DNA from: Selaginella moellendorffii
Taxonomy: Eukaryota > Plantae > Lycopodiophyta
DNA: 64,000 bases
Reading direction: 5' to 3'
Assembly (NCBI RefSeq): GCF_000143415.4
Contig: NW_003314381.1
Coordinates: 62,001-126,000, forward strand
Positions within the stretch are counted from its first letter, which is position 1, and each line of letters begins with the position of its first letter. The position numbers were made by a program, and so were the translations under genes. The notes beneath the pieces were generated by a model that saw nothing but the letters and a program-made list of their open reading frames with translations, was not told the DNA's origin and made no database searches. This document shows, piece after piece, positions 38,492-52,589 of the stretch.

Positions 38492-39000
38492 AAAGTAAAT
38501 CTTGGTTAAAACAGAGGGGTTTAAAAAACTAACCGGCGGGGTTTAACAAGTGGCGCCGCTATGGGCGAAGCGGCGCCACCAACCTCACGATATAAAATGT
38601 GTTGCCATAAACCCTAGTTTGTGGAGTGGAGGGAATTTAGGGCGAGCGCGGAAGAACACGACGCAATGACCCCAGCGCGCGCGAGGCAGGGCAACGGCGC
38701 ACTCCGGATTCGGCTGTGAGTCTCGGATTCTCCTCAGCTTCTCTCCAGGTTGGTCTTTTCTTTCTTCCTTCGGATTTCCTTCGTGTCGCGTGTAAATCTC
38801 GTTGCTCGTTTGTGGATTCCGCGCAATCGCTGTGAGTGTGTCGAGAGTGGGAGGGAATTGGGAGAGATCTAGTGTAGGAAAATGCGGTGTCGGGATGGAT
38901 TAAGAGAGGGAAAGAGGTGTTGACGGAATTTACATGTGAGGCGTTCTTTCAAGCTAGTTTTTGGGGGGGGGAGGGGAAGGGAGAGGGAGAGATAATAAAA

Positions 39001-40028
39001 ATGCCAAACTCCACGGAGGAAGGGGGAGGGAGCTCTGGGGGTAATCACTCTGGGTCGGGGTCTAGGAAGGAGAAGAAGAAGCAGGCCAAGGAAGAGAGGG
39101 ACCGACTCAAACAGGCCGAGAAGAAGAAGCGCAGGCTTGAGAAGGCGCTAGCAACTGCGGCGGCAATTCGATCCGAGCTCGAGAAGAAGAAGCAGCGGAG
39201 AAAAGAGGAGGAGCAGCGGCTGGACGAGGAAGGTGCTGCTCTCGCCGAGGCTGTGGCTCTGCAAGTTTTGGTCGAGGAGGACTTTGAAGGTGGCGGCAAA
39301 GTAGAACAGGAGGAGGTTTGTAGCTTGGAAAGTGATGAGAGCGTTGTTGGTGAGACGAGGAGGCAGTCGGGGGGTGTTTTCAGTGGGCAGCGAGTGTCGG
39401 GAAGCTCGACTTCTACTACGGAGAATGTGAGGAAGGGGACGAACACGAACGAGAAGGGGTCATGGGTTTGTGAGTGGGACTCGCCGGTGGGAGGGGGGCA
39501 GAATGACGATGAGTTCCTTAGCAAGAAGGGACTTATCACCACGGCCGAGGAGAAGGCGAGAGTTAGCACCGAGAGAGCTAAAGCAGCGGAGATGGCCGCT
39601 GGACTTGCTGCTGCGCAGGCTGTGGCTGCTCTCAGGATCGCCGAAGAGGCTCGAGCTGAGGCTGAGGCTGCCAAGAAAGCCGCAGAAGCGGCCATGATCG
39701 AAGCACTTGATCAGCGTGATCCTCAGCACAAGAGAGACCAAGAGATGGTAAACGTTCCATTTGTCCATGTTTTGGGATGACGAAACTTACCGCTTTCTTG
39801 CAGAGTGTGGTGCGTGAACCCGAGGAAGACAAGGCGGAGTTGAAGGCGAGGCTTATCGAGACGGAGAAGAAGTTACTGGAGAAAACCAGACGGGTTTCAG
39901 AGCTGGAGCAGAACCTTGATGAGGTTACTCAATACTTACTGGAGTTCAAAGCCAAGTTTGAGAGCGATAAGAACGCTACGATTCTCAGCTGCACAGCGGA
40001 CGGAGTTACATCACAGGTGGGACAGTAG
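39001..40028 (+). CDS. Coiled-coil protein of unknown function (2 coding exons)
   Basis: Long ORF with a KKKRRLEKALATAAAIRSELEKKKQ block. GT-AG intron ~39748-39803 joins the 39777-40028 ORF. Confidence 0.8.
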
Positions 40029-40577
40029 GCCATTTTGCGAGTAAGTCCATACGGAGGTGACGCAGCCAACGCTGCTGATCCTGTGGATCGCCTGGCATGG
40101 GGGCTCGTACGTAGTATCTATCAGTCAGTGGATCATCGTCGAGGCAATTTCTAAGGCAGCACTATGGTGGACGCTGCTGCACAGATGATGGGGTACTATG
40201 GCTTTCAGAGCTATGGAATTCCTGGTTTCGGCTGGCAATACGGGGGATAAGGACAGGGCAGGATACTGGAGCTCAGTTGCGTGGCCGAGACGATACGAAA
40301 ATGCAGATATGTTCAAGCGAGAAGGAAGCGATGAGCAGATAAAACGAAGATAATTGTCTATAGACTCGGTCGGGGGCTTCGGACAAATAACAAGCTTTAT
40401 ATCCTTGGTGGACATTGAGGCTGCTGATGTGGATGGACCAAAATCCAGTCTTGGGAATTACGTGGCAGAGTGGAGACCGCAGGGTTGAATGTTTGTTTCA
40501 CGCAAAGTCTCTCTCGGCAGCTACAACTACTCTAGCACTTGCACAATGGCGTGGTGACTGATTTGTGGAGCACCCAT

Positions 40578-43017
40578 ATGGGGATTCTATCGCCGGTGTT
40601 TGCAGCAGCAGTTTTGACACCGTCGAGGCCGTCCAGTAGCCAGCAGCAGGATGTCTTGAGCTATGAGGCCGGTCAGCGATTGTACTTGGATCCCAGGGCA
40701 GGGAATGTGTCTGCCGCTCTTGCTCAGAATTATGTGAAGCCGACTGTTTCTCGAGCAGCTAGCCAGAGAAATGATGACGCCGAAGCTGAGGCAAGGGCCC
40801 TCGCACGAGCTGTGAATGCTCCGAAGTATGATCCGGCTGAGCTCTCTAGGCGCTATGGAGGACAGCCACTCCAGGTACTTAATTTTCAGTGTTTGTAGTT
40901 TTGTCTCCCGAGAATGGAGTTTTTGGATTGATTGTTTGTCGCAGGTGACTAGAAGGACGCTGAATATACTGCTCGAGCTTGGCTCGTTTGCAGCCGATTT
41001 GTACTTGGACAAGCAAAGAGGCGAGCTAGAGCGGAACAAACGAGTCCGTGCAATTCAACTCAGGCAGAAGCTTACAAAGCTTGGTCCTACTTTTGTGAAG
41101 ATTGGCCAGGGGTTATCAACCCGTCCAGATTTGTGTCCGCCCGAGTACCTTGAAGAGCTTGCTGAGCTTCAGGTAAGCACCCATATTTCACAGCATGGCA
41201 AGTGAGTAACGCTTGCTTTCCAGGATGCTTTGCCAACTTTTCCCGATGCCGAGGCATTTTCATGGATTGAAAGTGAACTCGGGGCAAGGCTTGAAGACGT
41301 TTACTCTTCTATAACTCCGTCTCCGGTAGCAGCTGCTAGTTTAGGACAGGTTTACAAAGCGGTTTTGCGATCTACTGGAGAAGTTGTTGCTGTGAAGGTA
41401 CAGCGGCCAGGTATAGCTCAAGCCATTGGCCTCGATTTTTTTCTTCTCAGGAACGTATGCCAACTCATTGATAAGTATGTGGATGTTGTTACTACTAATG
41501 TCGTTGCTCTGCTGGATGAATTTGCTAGCCGAGTATATCAAGAGCTTAATTACGTTCAGGTGGGTGCTACATTTTCTCTCCAGTTGTGTTTCGCTAACGT
41601 TTGTTTCCTTTTTACCAGGAAGGCTTTAATGCGAAGAAGTTTATGGAGTTATATGGAGACAGGGTAGACGTCAAAGTACCCAGTATTTGCTGGGATTACA
41701 CAAGCGTGAAGGTCTTGACTATGGAATGGATTGATGGCACCAAGCTTAGCGAACAGGAGGTTATCGAAAGCCAGGGACTCAACGTTTTGAAGATGGTGGA
41801 CATCGGCATTCAGTGCAGCCTTCGTCAGCTCCTGGAGTATGGTTACTTCCATGCGGATCCTCATCCCGGGAATTTACTCGCAACTCCAGAAGGGAAGCTG
41901 GCTTTTATAGATTTCGGGATGATGAGTGACACTCCGCCTCAAGCAAGGTTCGCAATCATCGGGCATGTTGTCCATATGGTAAATCGAGACTACGAGGCTA
42001 TGGCTCGGGATTACTACGCACTTGACTTTCTATCCCCGGACGTGGATGTCTCTCCAATAGTTCCCGCGTTGAAGTCTTTCTTCGATGACGTTCTGGACGC
42101 GACCGTAAGCGAACTCAACTTCAAGACAATTGTGGACGGACTTGGAGCTGTTCTTTACCAGTATCCTTTTGATGGTACGTACCTTCTGGATTGTAAACTT
42201 GCCTCACTAATGTTTCTTTTCTCTCTTTTTCTTTTTTCAGTTCCACCATACTATGCTTTGATCTTGAGGTCCTTGACGGTGCTCGAAGGCTTGGCCCTGT
42301 ATACCGATCCAAATTTTAAAGTTCTCGCGGCTGCTTATCCATACTTCGCAAAGAGGCTGCTCACGGATCCAAATCCTTACTTGCGTGATGCTCTGGTTGA
42401 GCTCCTTTTCAAAGATGGTAGCTTCAGGTAGGCCTCCCAATTGTTTTTTTCTTTCTTCGTGTGTCTTACTCTTGTGCTTCAGGTGGCAGAGGTTAGAAAA
42501 TCTACTAGTCCAGGGACGGAAGTCGTCCGATTTTGTAGCAAAAGATGCGTTACAGCCCGTTTTGCAGCTCATGCTCGGAGAGGAAGGAGCTGAGCTCCGC
42601 CGCCTCGTCGAGAAAGAAGCAGTACGAGTCCTGGAGGCGCTCGTCATCGGTAGCACGGTAGAAGGTTACAAGTCCTTGCCGGAGCCCCTCAAGTTCGTAG
42701 TCAACAGGGGCAACAACGGGCGCGTGATCGCTCTCAAAGAACAGGAAGAGGCCCAGATGCTCAAGCTTCGCCAGCAGGTGCTTCGAGTGTGGGGTCTCCT
42801 TCGAACATCCTCGGGTTTTGATCCAGCAATGCTTCAACCAGTTGTCGAGGTAAGAGAAACTCCTTGAAAACTTCGCTCGTCACTGTTTTTATGGCAGATT
42901 CTCAGGCTCCCGGAAGCACAGTCTATGGGTGCCCACGTTGCGACAGGCTTGACTAAACGTCTCGCTGCGCGACTGTTGCAGCAACTTCTCAAGCCAGCGA
43001 CACCATTGCCAGCTTAA
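40578..43017 (+). CDS. ABC1K3: ABC1/UbiB atypical kinase, plastid ABC1K3-like
   Basis: LGPTFVKIGQ, AAASLGQVY, VAVKVQRP, FHADPHPGN, DFGM, YPYFAKRLLTDPNPYLRD. Confidence 0.88.
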
Positions 43018-43142
43018 GCACCTTGTAAAAAATTGTTCGCTGTAAGCTCAGAATTGGATTAGTGTATTAACTTGGTTTATAAAGATTCTTTATGATTAAG
43101 CTAGGGCTTGTATTCTTCCAATTTTATTTTTTCTTCAGCGCC

Positions 43143-43911
43143 ATGAAAAGGACGGGATTGGAGTTTTTCTACGCTTGACATTGCCACCAAAGAAAAGAAG
43201 AAAAGGGTGAAGGTGACACACAATTCTTTGCCGCTACCGCCAGCTTTGGAGGAGAAACCCACACTTGTGTTGGATATGGATGAGACACTAATCCATGCCC
43301 ACAAGGCCATAGCATCTCTTAAGCTCTTCAGTGGGAAAACTCTTCCACTCAAGCGTTACCTTGTGGCAAAGAGGCCAGGTGTGAATACATTTCTAGATGA
43401 GATGAGTAAGATATACGAGATCGTGGTTTTTACTCGAGTAGTAAAGCCATATGCAGACAGGATTTTGGATAGGCTCGACCCAGTTGGGAATCTCTTCACC
43501 CATCGCCTCTATAGGGATTCGTGCTTGACCAAGGAAGTCAGAGGGAGAAAGGTTGTGAAAGATCTTTCGAGATTAGGGCGGGACCTCAGACACACAGTGA
43601 TCGTGGACGACAAACCAGAGTCTTTTTGCTTGCAACCCAACAATGGAATTGTCATCCGAGCATTCAAAAACAGAAAAGGGCATAAGTATGATGAATTGAA
43701 GACAATAAGCAATCTACTCAAGGAAATTGCAAGAGTTGAAGACATAAGGCAAGCATTGGAGAAGGTAAAAAGTTCCAAGTCCGTCCACAATTGTCTCATA
43801 AAAAGAAACTCATGTATCCACTGTTTATGCTGTAACACTGCTCACTCTAGATTGGGGCATTGTTTTTCTCATGTCCAATTTAAACTTTGGAAACAATGTC
43901 AAGCATCTTGA
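43143..43911 (+). CDS. SCP1-like small CTD phosphatase (NIF/HAD), intronless, possibly a pseudogene
   Basis: LVLDMDETL, KRPGV, KDLSRLGRDL. The upstream ATG (43143) is out of frame by one base at a T-run. Confidence 0.75.
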
Positions 43912-44226
43912 GTTTCAGTCTGATTAATCACTTGAGAGCCAATAGATAATTGTGCTACTTAAGCAGCAGTGTAAAGAGAGACAATCGATATATTATGCAA
44001 AGAGAACATGTCCTGTCCTGAAACGCACCATAGAGCCTCTCAAAATCTCATGGCTCGATTAACTGGCCTATCCTTTTAGCATGGCAGTTAGCAATGACAC
44101 TGTGCATTACTTAGAAACCGTCAGAGATAACCAAGATCTCAGTAGGACGAACTTCTTAAAACTTGAGGAAAAAGATTGACAGACGTTGAGATCCTCTGGA
44201 GATATCATCAGCTGCTGGATGTGGTG

Positions 44227-44286
44227 GAGGCGGAGCAGAACCTCAGGTCAGACCCTGCTTATCTTTCTTACTATCACTCGCATGTC
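44227..44286 (+). pseudogene. Isolated Pumilio (APUM) N-terminal motif fragment
   Basis: EQNLRSDPAYLSYYHSHV resembles the plant Pumilio EELRSDPAYLSYY motif. Confidence 0.6.
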
Positions 44287-44404
44287 CAAGCCTCTTGTTT
44301 GAGTAGTTTACTGTGTGTTCTTTCTCACAGCACGAAACCTCAGAGCTATAGAAACGTTAGCTTTCAATGAAAACAATTCAAAGTTGATACTAGAGAAATG
44401 GACA

Positions 44405-46414
44405 ATGGCACATACTTTTTGCTCTCCTTTCGAGATCGTGGCACTACTAAAGTCCTGCAAGGATCTCGCCCAAGGCAGGCAAATCCACGCGCAGATTTCG
44501 GCTAGCAAACACCACAGCAAGAACATTGCCCTCTCCAACCTCCTCGTCAAGATGTATGGTAGATGTGGCAGCCTCGACGATGCATGGCGGGTTTTCGACG
44601 GCCTGGATCAGCCCAACGTTTACTCCTGGAATATCATGATTCGAGCATATACCGAAAATGGGGATATGCTGCGAGCTCGCGCCCTCTTCGACAAGATGGC
44701 TCAAAAGAATGTGGTCTCCTGGACAACGATCATAGAATCTTACGGACGAAGCGGGAATATACTTGAAGCCAAGAATCTTTTTGAGTTGATGCCTGACCGC
44801 GATGTAGTTTCTTGCAATGTGATGATCGAGGCATTTGCCCAGAACGGGCATCTCCAGGCAGCAAGGAGGCTGTTTAACGAGATGGACGACAGGGATGTTG
44901 CCACGTGGACGACCATGATCACGGCCTACTCCCAACGCGGGGATCTGGTCGTCGCCCGCGAGTTCTTTGACGGGATGCCGTACAGGAGCATTGTTTCGTG
45001 GAGCGCCATGGTCACCGGGTACGGACAGAATGGCCAGCTCCAGCAGTCGCGCTGGGTGTTTGAATCCATGCCCGAGAGGAACCTTTTGACGTGGACAGTC
45101 ATGGTTGCGGTGTATGCCCAGTGTGGGCATTTGGAGGAGGCCAAAGAGTTGTTTGATGCGATGCCGGAGAGGGATGTGGTGGCCTGGAATGCGATGATTA
45201 CCGGGTTTTCGAAGAACTTTAAATTGATGGAAGCGCGCAAGATGTTTGATTCTATGCCTCGGAGGGACTTGGTGTCGTGGGCATTAATAATCTCTGCATA
45301 TGCTCAGAACGGGAATATACTACAAGCAGAGGCTTTGTTTAACTTAATGCCTTTCCAGAACTTAATAGCAAAAAACACGATTATGGATGCGTATGCATCT
45401 CATGGTCAGATTGATAAAGCTAGATTCTTATTTGATCAGAGTCTAGAACGGAATCTAGTGTCGTGGACAACAATGATCACTGCATATGCCAGAAACGGGC
45501 ATCTGGAAATGGCAAAGGATCTGTTTGATCAGATGCCAGAGCGCGACACTGTTTCTTGGAACACTTTGATCAACGCTTACGCGCAGCAGGGCTTCGTTGA
45601 TGAGGCATTAGATATTCTCAGCCAGATGCCATGGAAAGATGTAGTGTCGTGGAACATTATCATCGCTGCAAATGCCCAGAACGGAGAAAACGAACAAGCA
45701 ATCGCCCTCTTTCGGCAAATGGACCTTGAGGGCATTCCTGCCAACGAGATCACATTTATCACGGTCCTGGACGCCTGCACAACGATATCTGATCTAAAGA
45801 TCGGGCGGGCAGTCCATGCCGAGGCAGTGACGAGTGGATTGGGAGGTGTGGAGGCAGTGACCACGGCTGCAATTACAATGTGTGGGAAATCCGGGAGCTT
45901 GCCAGAGGCTACGAGGCTATTTCAATCTATGCCGGTCAAGAGCACAGTAGCATGGGGCGCGATGATCACAATCTACGCACAGGGTGGACAAAGTGAAATC
46001 GCCCTTGATCTCTTTCGGGACATGGAGCTTGACGGGATCCAAGCGGATGGCATCACTTTCATAGCTGTGCTGTCAGCTTGCTGCCATTGTGGGAGATTTC
46101 GGGAGGGATGGGAGTTTTTTGTGAGCTTGAGGCTGGACTATTGGGTGGAACCCATGGCTGAGCACTATGAGTGTCTTGTGGATCAGTTGGGAAGAGCGGG
46201 CAAATTGAGAGAGGCGGAAGAACTGATTGAGAGCATGCCATTCTATCCCACTCCAGTTGCTTATACTCAGCTCCTGAGTGCTGTAAAGACGCAGGAGGGT
46301 GATCAAGGTGATCGTGGCAATATAATCAGGTCTAGTGCTGAAAATTTGGCTACTAAAGTACAAGAACTAGATGATCAAAACTCGTCTAGTTATGTGCTTC
46401 TATCCACCTTATAA
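44405..46414 (+). CDS. PLS-class pentatricopeptide repeat protein with truncated E region
   Basis: Many tandem 31-aa repeats, then CHCG..HYECLVDQLGRAG..SYVLLSTL*. No DYW. Confidence 0.95.
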   Translation: MAHTFCSPFEIVALLKSCKDLAQGRQIHAQISASKHHSKNIALSNLLVKMYGRCGSLDDAWRVFDGLDQPNVYSWNIMIRAYTENGDMLRARALFDKMAQKNVVSWTTIIESYGRSGNILEAKNLFELMPDRDVVSCNVMIEAFAQNGHLQAARRLFNEMDDRDVATWTTMITAYSQRGDLVVAREFFDGMPYRSIVSWSAMVTGYGQNGQLQQSRWVFESMPERNLLTWTVMVAVYAQCGHLEEAKELFDAMPERDVVAWNAMITGFSKNFKLMEARKMFDSMPRRDLVSWALIISAYAQNGNILQAEALFNLMPFQNLIAKNTIMDAYASHGQIDKARFLFDQSLERNLVSWTTMITAYARNGHLEMAKDLFDQMPERDTVSWNTLINAYAQQGFVDEALDILSQMPWKDVVSWNIIIAANAQNGENEQAIALFRQMDLEGIPANEITFITVLDACTTISDLKIGRAVHAEAVTSGLGGVEAVTTAAITMCGKSGSLPEATRLFQSMPVKSTVAWGAMITIYAQGGQSEIALDLFRDMELDGIQADGITFIAVLSACCHCGRFREGWEFFVSLRLDYWVEPMAEHYECLVDQLGRAGKLREAEELIESMPFYPTPVAYTQLLSAVKTQEGDQGDRGNIIRSSAENLATKVQELDDQNSSSYVLLSTL

Positions 46415-46461
46415 AAAGACAAAGATTTCACTTCGATGTATGTTTTAGCTTTCAAGCCACA

Positions 46462-47844
46462 TTATCTACCACTGAGTAACAACTGAATGGACTTTCGAAG
46501 TTCCATCCCTTCCTCCAGCTTTCCACCCCTCATAAGCATGTCAAAAATGCAAACATAGTGATCAACCATGCTCTCAATCCCAAAGTCCTGGATCATGGAG
46601 ATCAGGAAATGTTTGGCTTGGCAGAGTGATCCTCCATGACCACAAGAAGCAATAATGCCAATAAATGAGATCTCGTTTGGTGTCACGCCTTCAACAAGCA
46701 TGCTATGGAAGCATTCAACAGCCCTTCCAAAATGCCCAGTTCGGGAAAGTGCTGTCAACATTGCCGTCCAGGAAATGATACTTCGATTTGCCATTCTTGA
46801 GAAAACTATCTCTGCCCATTCAATCGATCCACCATTACCATACATGCTGATGATGGCATTTGCAATCTCAATCTCCTCCGGGTGTGCGACTCTCCAGTGG
46901 ATCTCCCTGCCCTGGAGAAGATCTGGGATGCTAGAACATGCCTCAATCACTGTAAGAAATGTGATCTTGTTTGGTGGCACATTCATCCTATAAAACAAAT
47001 CAATTGCCTTCCTTGGCTGGTTATTGCGTGTGTAAGCACAGATCATTGCATTCCATGATGCTGCATTTTTATCTGGCATGCTCTCAAATAAAATAATTGC
47101 TTCTTCCAATTGCCCTGCCTGTCCATATGCGGCTACCATGGCGTTCCACACAATTGTGTCGTATGAAGGCATTTGTACAAACAGACAATGGGCTTCTTCC
47201 AGGTGCCCTGCATGGGCATTTGCTACAACCATAGTTGTCCACGTCACTACATCCTTTTCAAGCATGGACTGAAAAACTTGTTTAGCTTTAGTTAAATTAC
47301 CGTCTTGGCAGTATGCTGACAATATCGTGTTACACGAGAAAATATCCCATTCAAGCATTCTATTTAGTAGAGTTTCTGCCCTATGCAGATTATTTGTTTT
47401 TGCAAAGGCTGCTAGCATTGCATTTGATGCCATGAGATTTTTTTCTGGCATTTTTTCAAAAAAGAGATTTGCCTTATCAACACAAGAACATGTGGCATAT
47501 CCAACGACAATTGCAACCCATGATTCAATGTCTCGTTCAGGGATGCGATGAAACAAAATTTCTGCTTCTTGTAAATGCCCTGATTTGGCATATGCAGCGA
47601 TCATGTTGTTCCAGGTAAGAATGTTTCTGTAGGGCATCTGGTTGAAGACGTCCAGCGCCCGTTCAATGAGACCACACTTTCCGTAAAGTTTGATGATGAG
47701 AGTGTTGAGGTAGACATTGGCATGGTGCTCACTTCTTGAAATTTCTGAATGGAGACAAATCCCCGTTCCTAGATTCTTTGTGTTATAACATGCTTTAAGA
47801 AGAGTGCCCAGTCTTCCCACATCAGTTAGGGTTGATTGAAGCAT
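46462..47844 (-). CDS. PLS-class pentatricopeptide repeat protein lacking E/DYW
   Basis: Tandem 31-aa repeats, ending shortly after HYVCIFDMLMRGG. Confidence 0.9.
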   Translation of the reverse strand: MLQSTLTDVGRLGTLLKACYNTKNLGTGICLHSEISRSEHHANVYLNTLIIKLYGKCGLIERALDVFNQMPYRNILTWNNMIAAYAKSGHLQEAEILFHRIPERDIESWVAIVVGYATCSCVDKANLFFEKMPEKNLMASNAMLAAFAKTNNLHRAETLLNRMLEWDIFSCNTILSAYCQDGNLTKAKQVFQSMLEKDVVTWTTMVVANAHAGHLEEAHCLFVQMPSYDTIVWNAMVAAYGQAGQLEEAIILFESMPDKNAASWNAMICAYTRNNQPRKAIDLFYRMNVPPNKITFLTVIEACSSIPDLLQGREIHWRVAHPEEIEIANAIISMYGNGGSIEWAEIVFSRMANRSIISWTAMLTALSRTGHFGRAVECFHSMLVEGVTPNEISFIGIIASCGHGGSLCQAKHFLISMIQDFGIESMVDHYVCIFDMLMRGGKLEEGMELRKSIQLLLSGR

Positions 47845-48189
47845 GCTAGAGCAAATCAATCAATCTATACATTTATTTCAAAGAATATTTAAAATGTATA
47901 GCAGAGAATATTATTAACAAATCCTATTACAAATCAAATTTTTGCACTGCAACATTTTAGTTTTTTTTATAGGTGTTTAATTTAGTATCTTGTCAAATAT
48001 TAAAATTAACTTGTTTATTTAAAATTAGAAAATATTAAGAGTATTAATACAAATATGCTACACTTGCAATGACAAATATAAGGTGGCAAATTTGCTTGTA
48101 AGTAAAATTTAGGAATGTCTAATTTACCTCATTCTTGAGATTACTTTTATAATTTCATCAATTAGTGCATTCTAAACCAAAAAAAAACT

Positions 48190-48213
48190 CAGAGAGAGAG
48201 AGAGAGAGAGAGA
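48190..48213. repeat. (GA)n microsatellite
   Basis: Direct reading. Confidence 0.9.
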
Positions 48214-48225
48214 TCAAATAACATT

Positions 48226-48375
48226 GGCAGGCTTGCAACGGTAGAGATCTAAGAAGTCAAGGATGGTGAAGATGGCGAGGCTCTATTTCTTTGTCCACTG
48301 ACACAGTGAATATTTGTGAATGTGATGTGGAGTGCGACTTGGGGGATGCACAGTGATTACTTGCTGAGTTAAAGA
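48226..48375 (+). pseudogene. Deleted remnant of the 3' end of the kelch-like gene (inverted duplicate of ~58076-58365)
   Basis: GTAGAGAT..GTCAAGGATGGTGAAG, ATATTTGTGAATGTGATG and GACTTGGGGGATGC match the reverse complement of 58076-58365. Confidence 0.85.
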
Positions 48376-48528
48376 GCTAGATCATTCTTTTTTCCGTTTG
48401 TTCATTCGAAGCATGTTTGTCATTGTCTGTTAACACGTTTTCACAATCAACAATCTCCGGAACTTGGAGCTTGTAAGTTCCATCCTTGTCTAAAACCGAA
48501 ATGTAATTGGAGATAGAAAATATTGATG

Positions 48529-49847
<1,319 letters not shown>

Positions 49848-49899
49848 CGCTCTCTGGAAGGACAAGTTAAAGAACAACACCAGAAAGTACACTTATCAC

Positions 49900-52233
49900 T
49901 TACCAAAAGGTAACTTGCTGAGAGAGTATCAGATCCGATAACGTTTTACCATGCCTGTCAACCCTCCTTGAACAAGTCACCCCTCCATCCAGTACATTCC
50001 TGACAACAACGTTGAGAGAATGTATCCCTTCGACCAGATAAACAGAAACTTCAGCTTCTCCGGCCTGACCAACGAAGGCCGTCGCGAATACATTTTTCAC
50101 CCATCTGGCCGTTACGACCTCTTGCAGTCGAGCTATGTCGTCGGTGCAATGCGGAATCAAGCTGAAGTTCAGTGTATTCCCCTTGTCACCAGTTCTGCCG
50201 TGAGCAATGTGATATAGAGGAATGCCAACACCTCTTGGAGCTGGAGCTGTCTTTGCAGATGGACTTGGCGTCGGTAAAACATCCATGCAAACCACGGAGT
50301 TTGATTGACAACACTCGAGCCTCCTCTGTGTGCCTGAAAACGCAGTTTTCCAGGACACGGCATCGCGGGAGACTAATTGCTTTTTCAGTGTTATTTCTCT
50401 CTTGATTCCTGAACTGCAAACGTATGTCTCGTCAGTAAAAACAAAAGACAATTATGAACGACCATACCGTATGCCACCTCCTCCAGCAGGTCCATTCGTG
50501 TAGAGCGCTCCAAACTCTCGGACAAGTGCAGCAGCCTCCTCTTCTGTACCAAATAATCCATCGACACGCAGCCGAGCTTCGTGACAGACTACTGGCGGAC
50601 TGGGACTTGCGAACAGACTATCTTTACCAATGACGCACGAAAGAATTCTTTGCTGAATTCCAGGGAACGATTCCTCCAACCACGACCGAACCTGCAAAAT
50701 ACTAGTTGCTAAGGTGAGACGACAATCTTAAGCGACAAACCAGTTTATCGGATAGATTGGCACGCTCGTCGCAATATAAGCCACCGTACGAGATTTCTCC
50801 CCAACCTTTCCAGCCACAAAACTAGACAAACAACAAGTCAGGACAGTACCTTTGTGCTGCTAAACTTACAGATGGGATCAGGCGAAGTAGCAAGCTGGGA
50901 GAACAATGAGCCTCAGCGCCGCTTACAATTACTCTGTCTTTTGAGAGCTCCCTGAAATTGACCTTGCGGAGATCTAGAATCTGTTTCGCAAGGAACATAA
51001 GAAGCGTTAAATGAAAGGTGCAGTCTGTACCACATCAGGGGTGATATACGAAGAAGGATCCTCCACTTCATATATAAGCTGCTCAGAGCATGTTCTCTCA
51101 CTTATTTCTCCCCCAGAGCCTTCGGCTTTGGCGACGACTACTTTTCCGTCCCAGGAAATGTCAGCGTATGGCAGCGAAACGTCAAGAAGTTCTGGAAACG
51201 GAAGACTTCGAAGCTTGTCACCTGCAATTTTTTTTATTTGAGTTAACAGTTTCGGAAGAGCTGGGACAGAAAGCACAACCTGGATGCACGTAGTACCCTC
51301 CTGTCAGCTGGCATCCGCATTCCAGGAGATGAGCAGCGACCGCACCTTGAGCAAGCTCTTTGTAGCTGTTCCAGTTCCAGCCAAGCTCGAAAATCTAGAA
51401 AGCATTCCTTGGAGATGTCTTTGCAAGAACTAGCTTCTTACCATCGGTCCCAGGAAAAGCGCAACATCGGCCACACGACTGGTGATGATAACATGAGGTC
51501 GACATTGCTGTAATACTTGCACGATTGGAGCTGCTCCAAGGTAAGTGCTAGAACCCTGTCGTCAACTCGTTAGATCGGATAAACATCGAGCCATATCAAT
51601 CACTTACATCAGAAGGAAGCGGATACTCGTAGGCCACAGCCACAGAGATATGAATCCCAAGTTTTGAAGAGAGCTTGAGAACCTCGTCTTGTGCTCCCAA
51701 AGGATCCACTGAAAAGACAAAGTTCCTTAAACATCTCTTTTAAAAAGCGGGAGAGACCTCCGCCCATGTTTGTGACGATGCAAACTCCTTTCTCCACTGC
51801 TACTGGAAGAAGAGAAGTCATCCATTCCGAGACTAGAATTTTTTTCTGGAAACCATCAGCCTTGCTAGAAGATGGAAGAACCAAGACAAGAAACATAAAA
51901 AGACAAGCTCTTACTTCGAGGATCATAGCCTTGGCCACCGGCGGCTTTAGCTTCCACACGCTCCACAAAGGTCCGCTCGGCGAGACACTCTAGAACCAAG
52001 TACTGCAAGCTTGGCACCCGATGGAGGAGCTTCAATGCCGCGCGGGGCCTGTCGCCAGCAAAGCCGGCGCCACATCCAATCCTCACAACATCTTTCTGCC
52101 GCAAAGGATTCTCCCTCTGAAAGAAAGAGGATCGAACACACGATTCGAGCTACTTGCTACTCACCAGCGTCACTGTGCTCTCGGACGATGGATCGGCGTG
52201 GAGCTCAAACACGCGATCGTTGCCAGTGGCCAT
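49900..52233 (-). CDS. Acyclic terpene utilisation AtuA-family (DUF1446) protein, multi-exon
   Basis: IGCGAGFAGDR, LECLAERT, GYDP, HLLECGCQLTGG, EQLIYEV, AHGRTGDKGN, DRHGKTLS. Exons join through GT-AG introns. Confidence 0.92.
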
Positions 52234-52589
52234 AGGACCTCCCTCCCGCCCTAAGATATAAATCTAATTAATGTGGAAGTTTCCAAATACAAGTTTGCTT
52301 TAACAGCATATTTTCTAAGCAAAAGGCCATTGTTTTCCATATTTTATTCGAATATATAGAATGGCCATGAAGTATATATGATAAAGTTTGTAAATATATC
52401 CAAGAAAAAACTAAGATAACCAATATTCCTCTCATCAAATTATGTAGAACAATTTACAATTTGAATGAGATAACTAGAGTTACTTTTTAGCTATTTAGTT
52501 TACTTTGACAAGCTTAACTATAATAGAACACTTTTTCCCTAAATTTCTAAATATAACTGGTGAATATTCAAGTATCAATAACTATTAAT

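Noticed and set aside
49900-52233. Recent bacterial horizontal transfer or contamination for AtuA
   Set aside because: The gene has many spliceosomal introns and the family is known in land plants.
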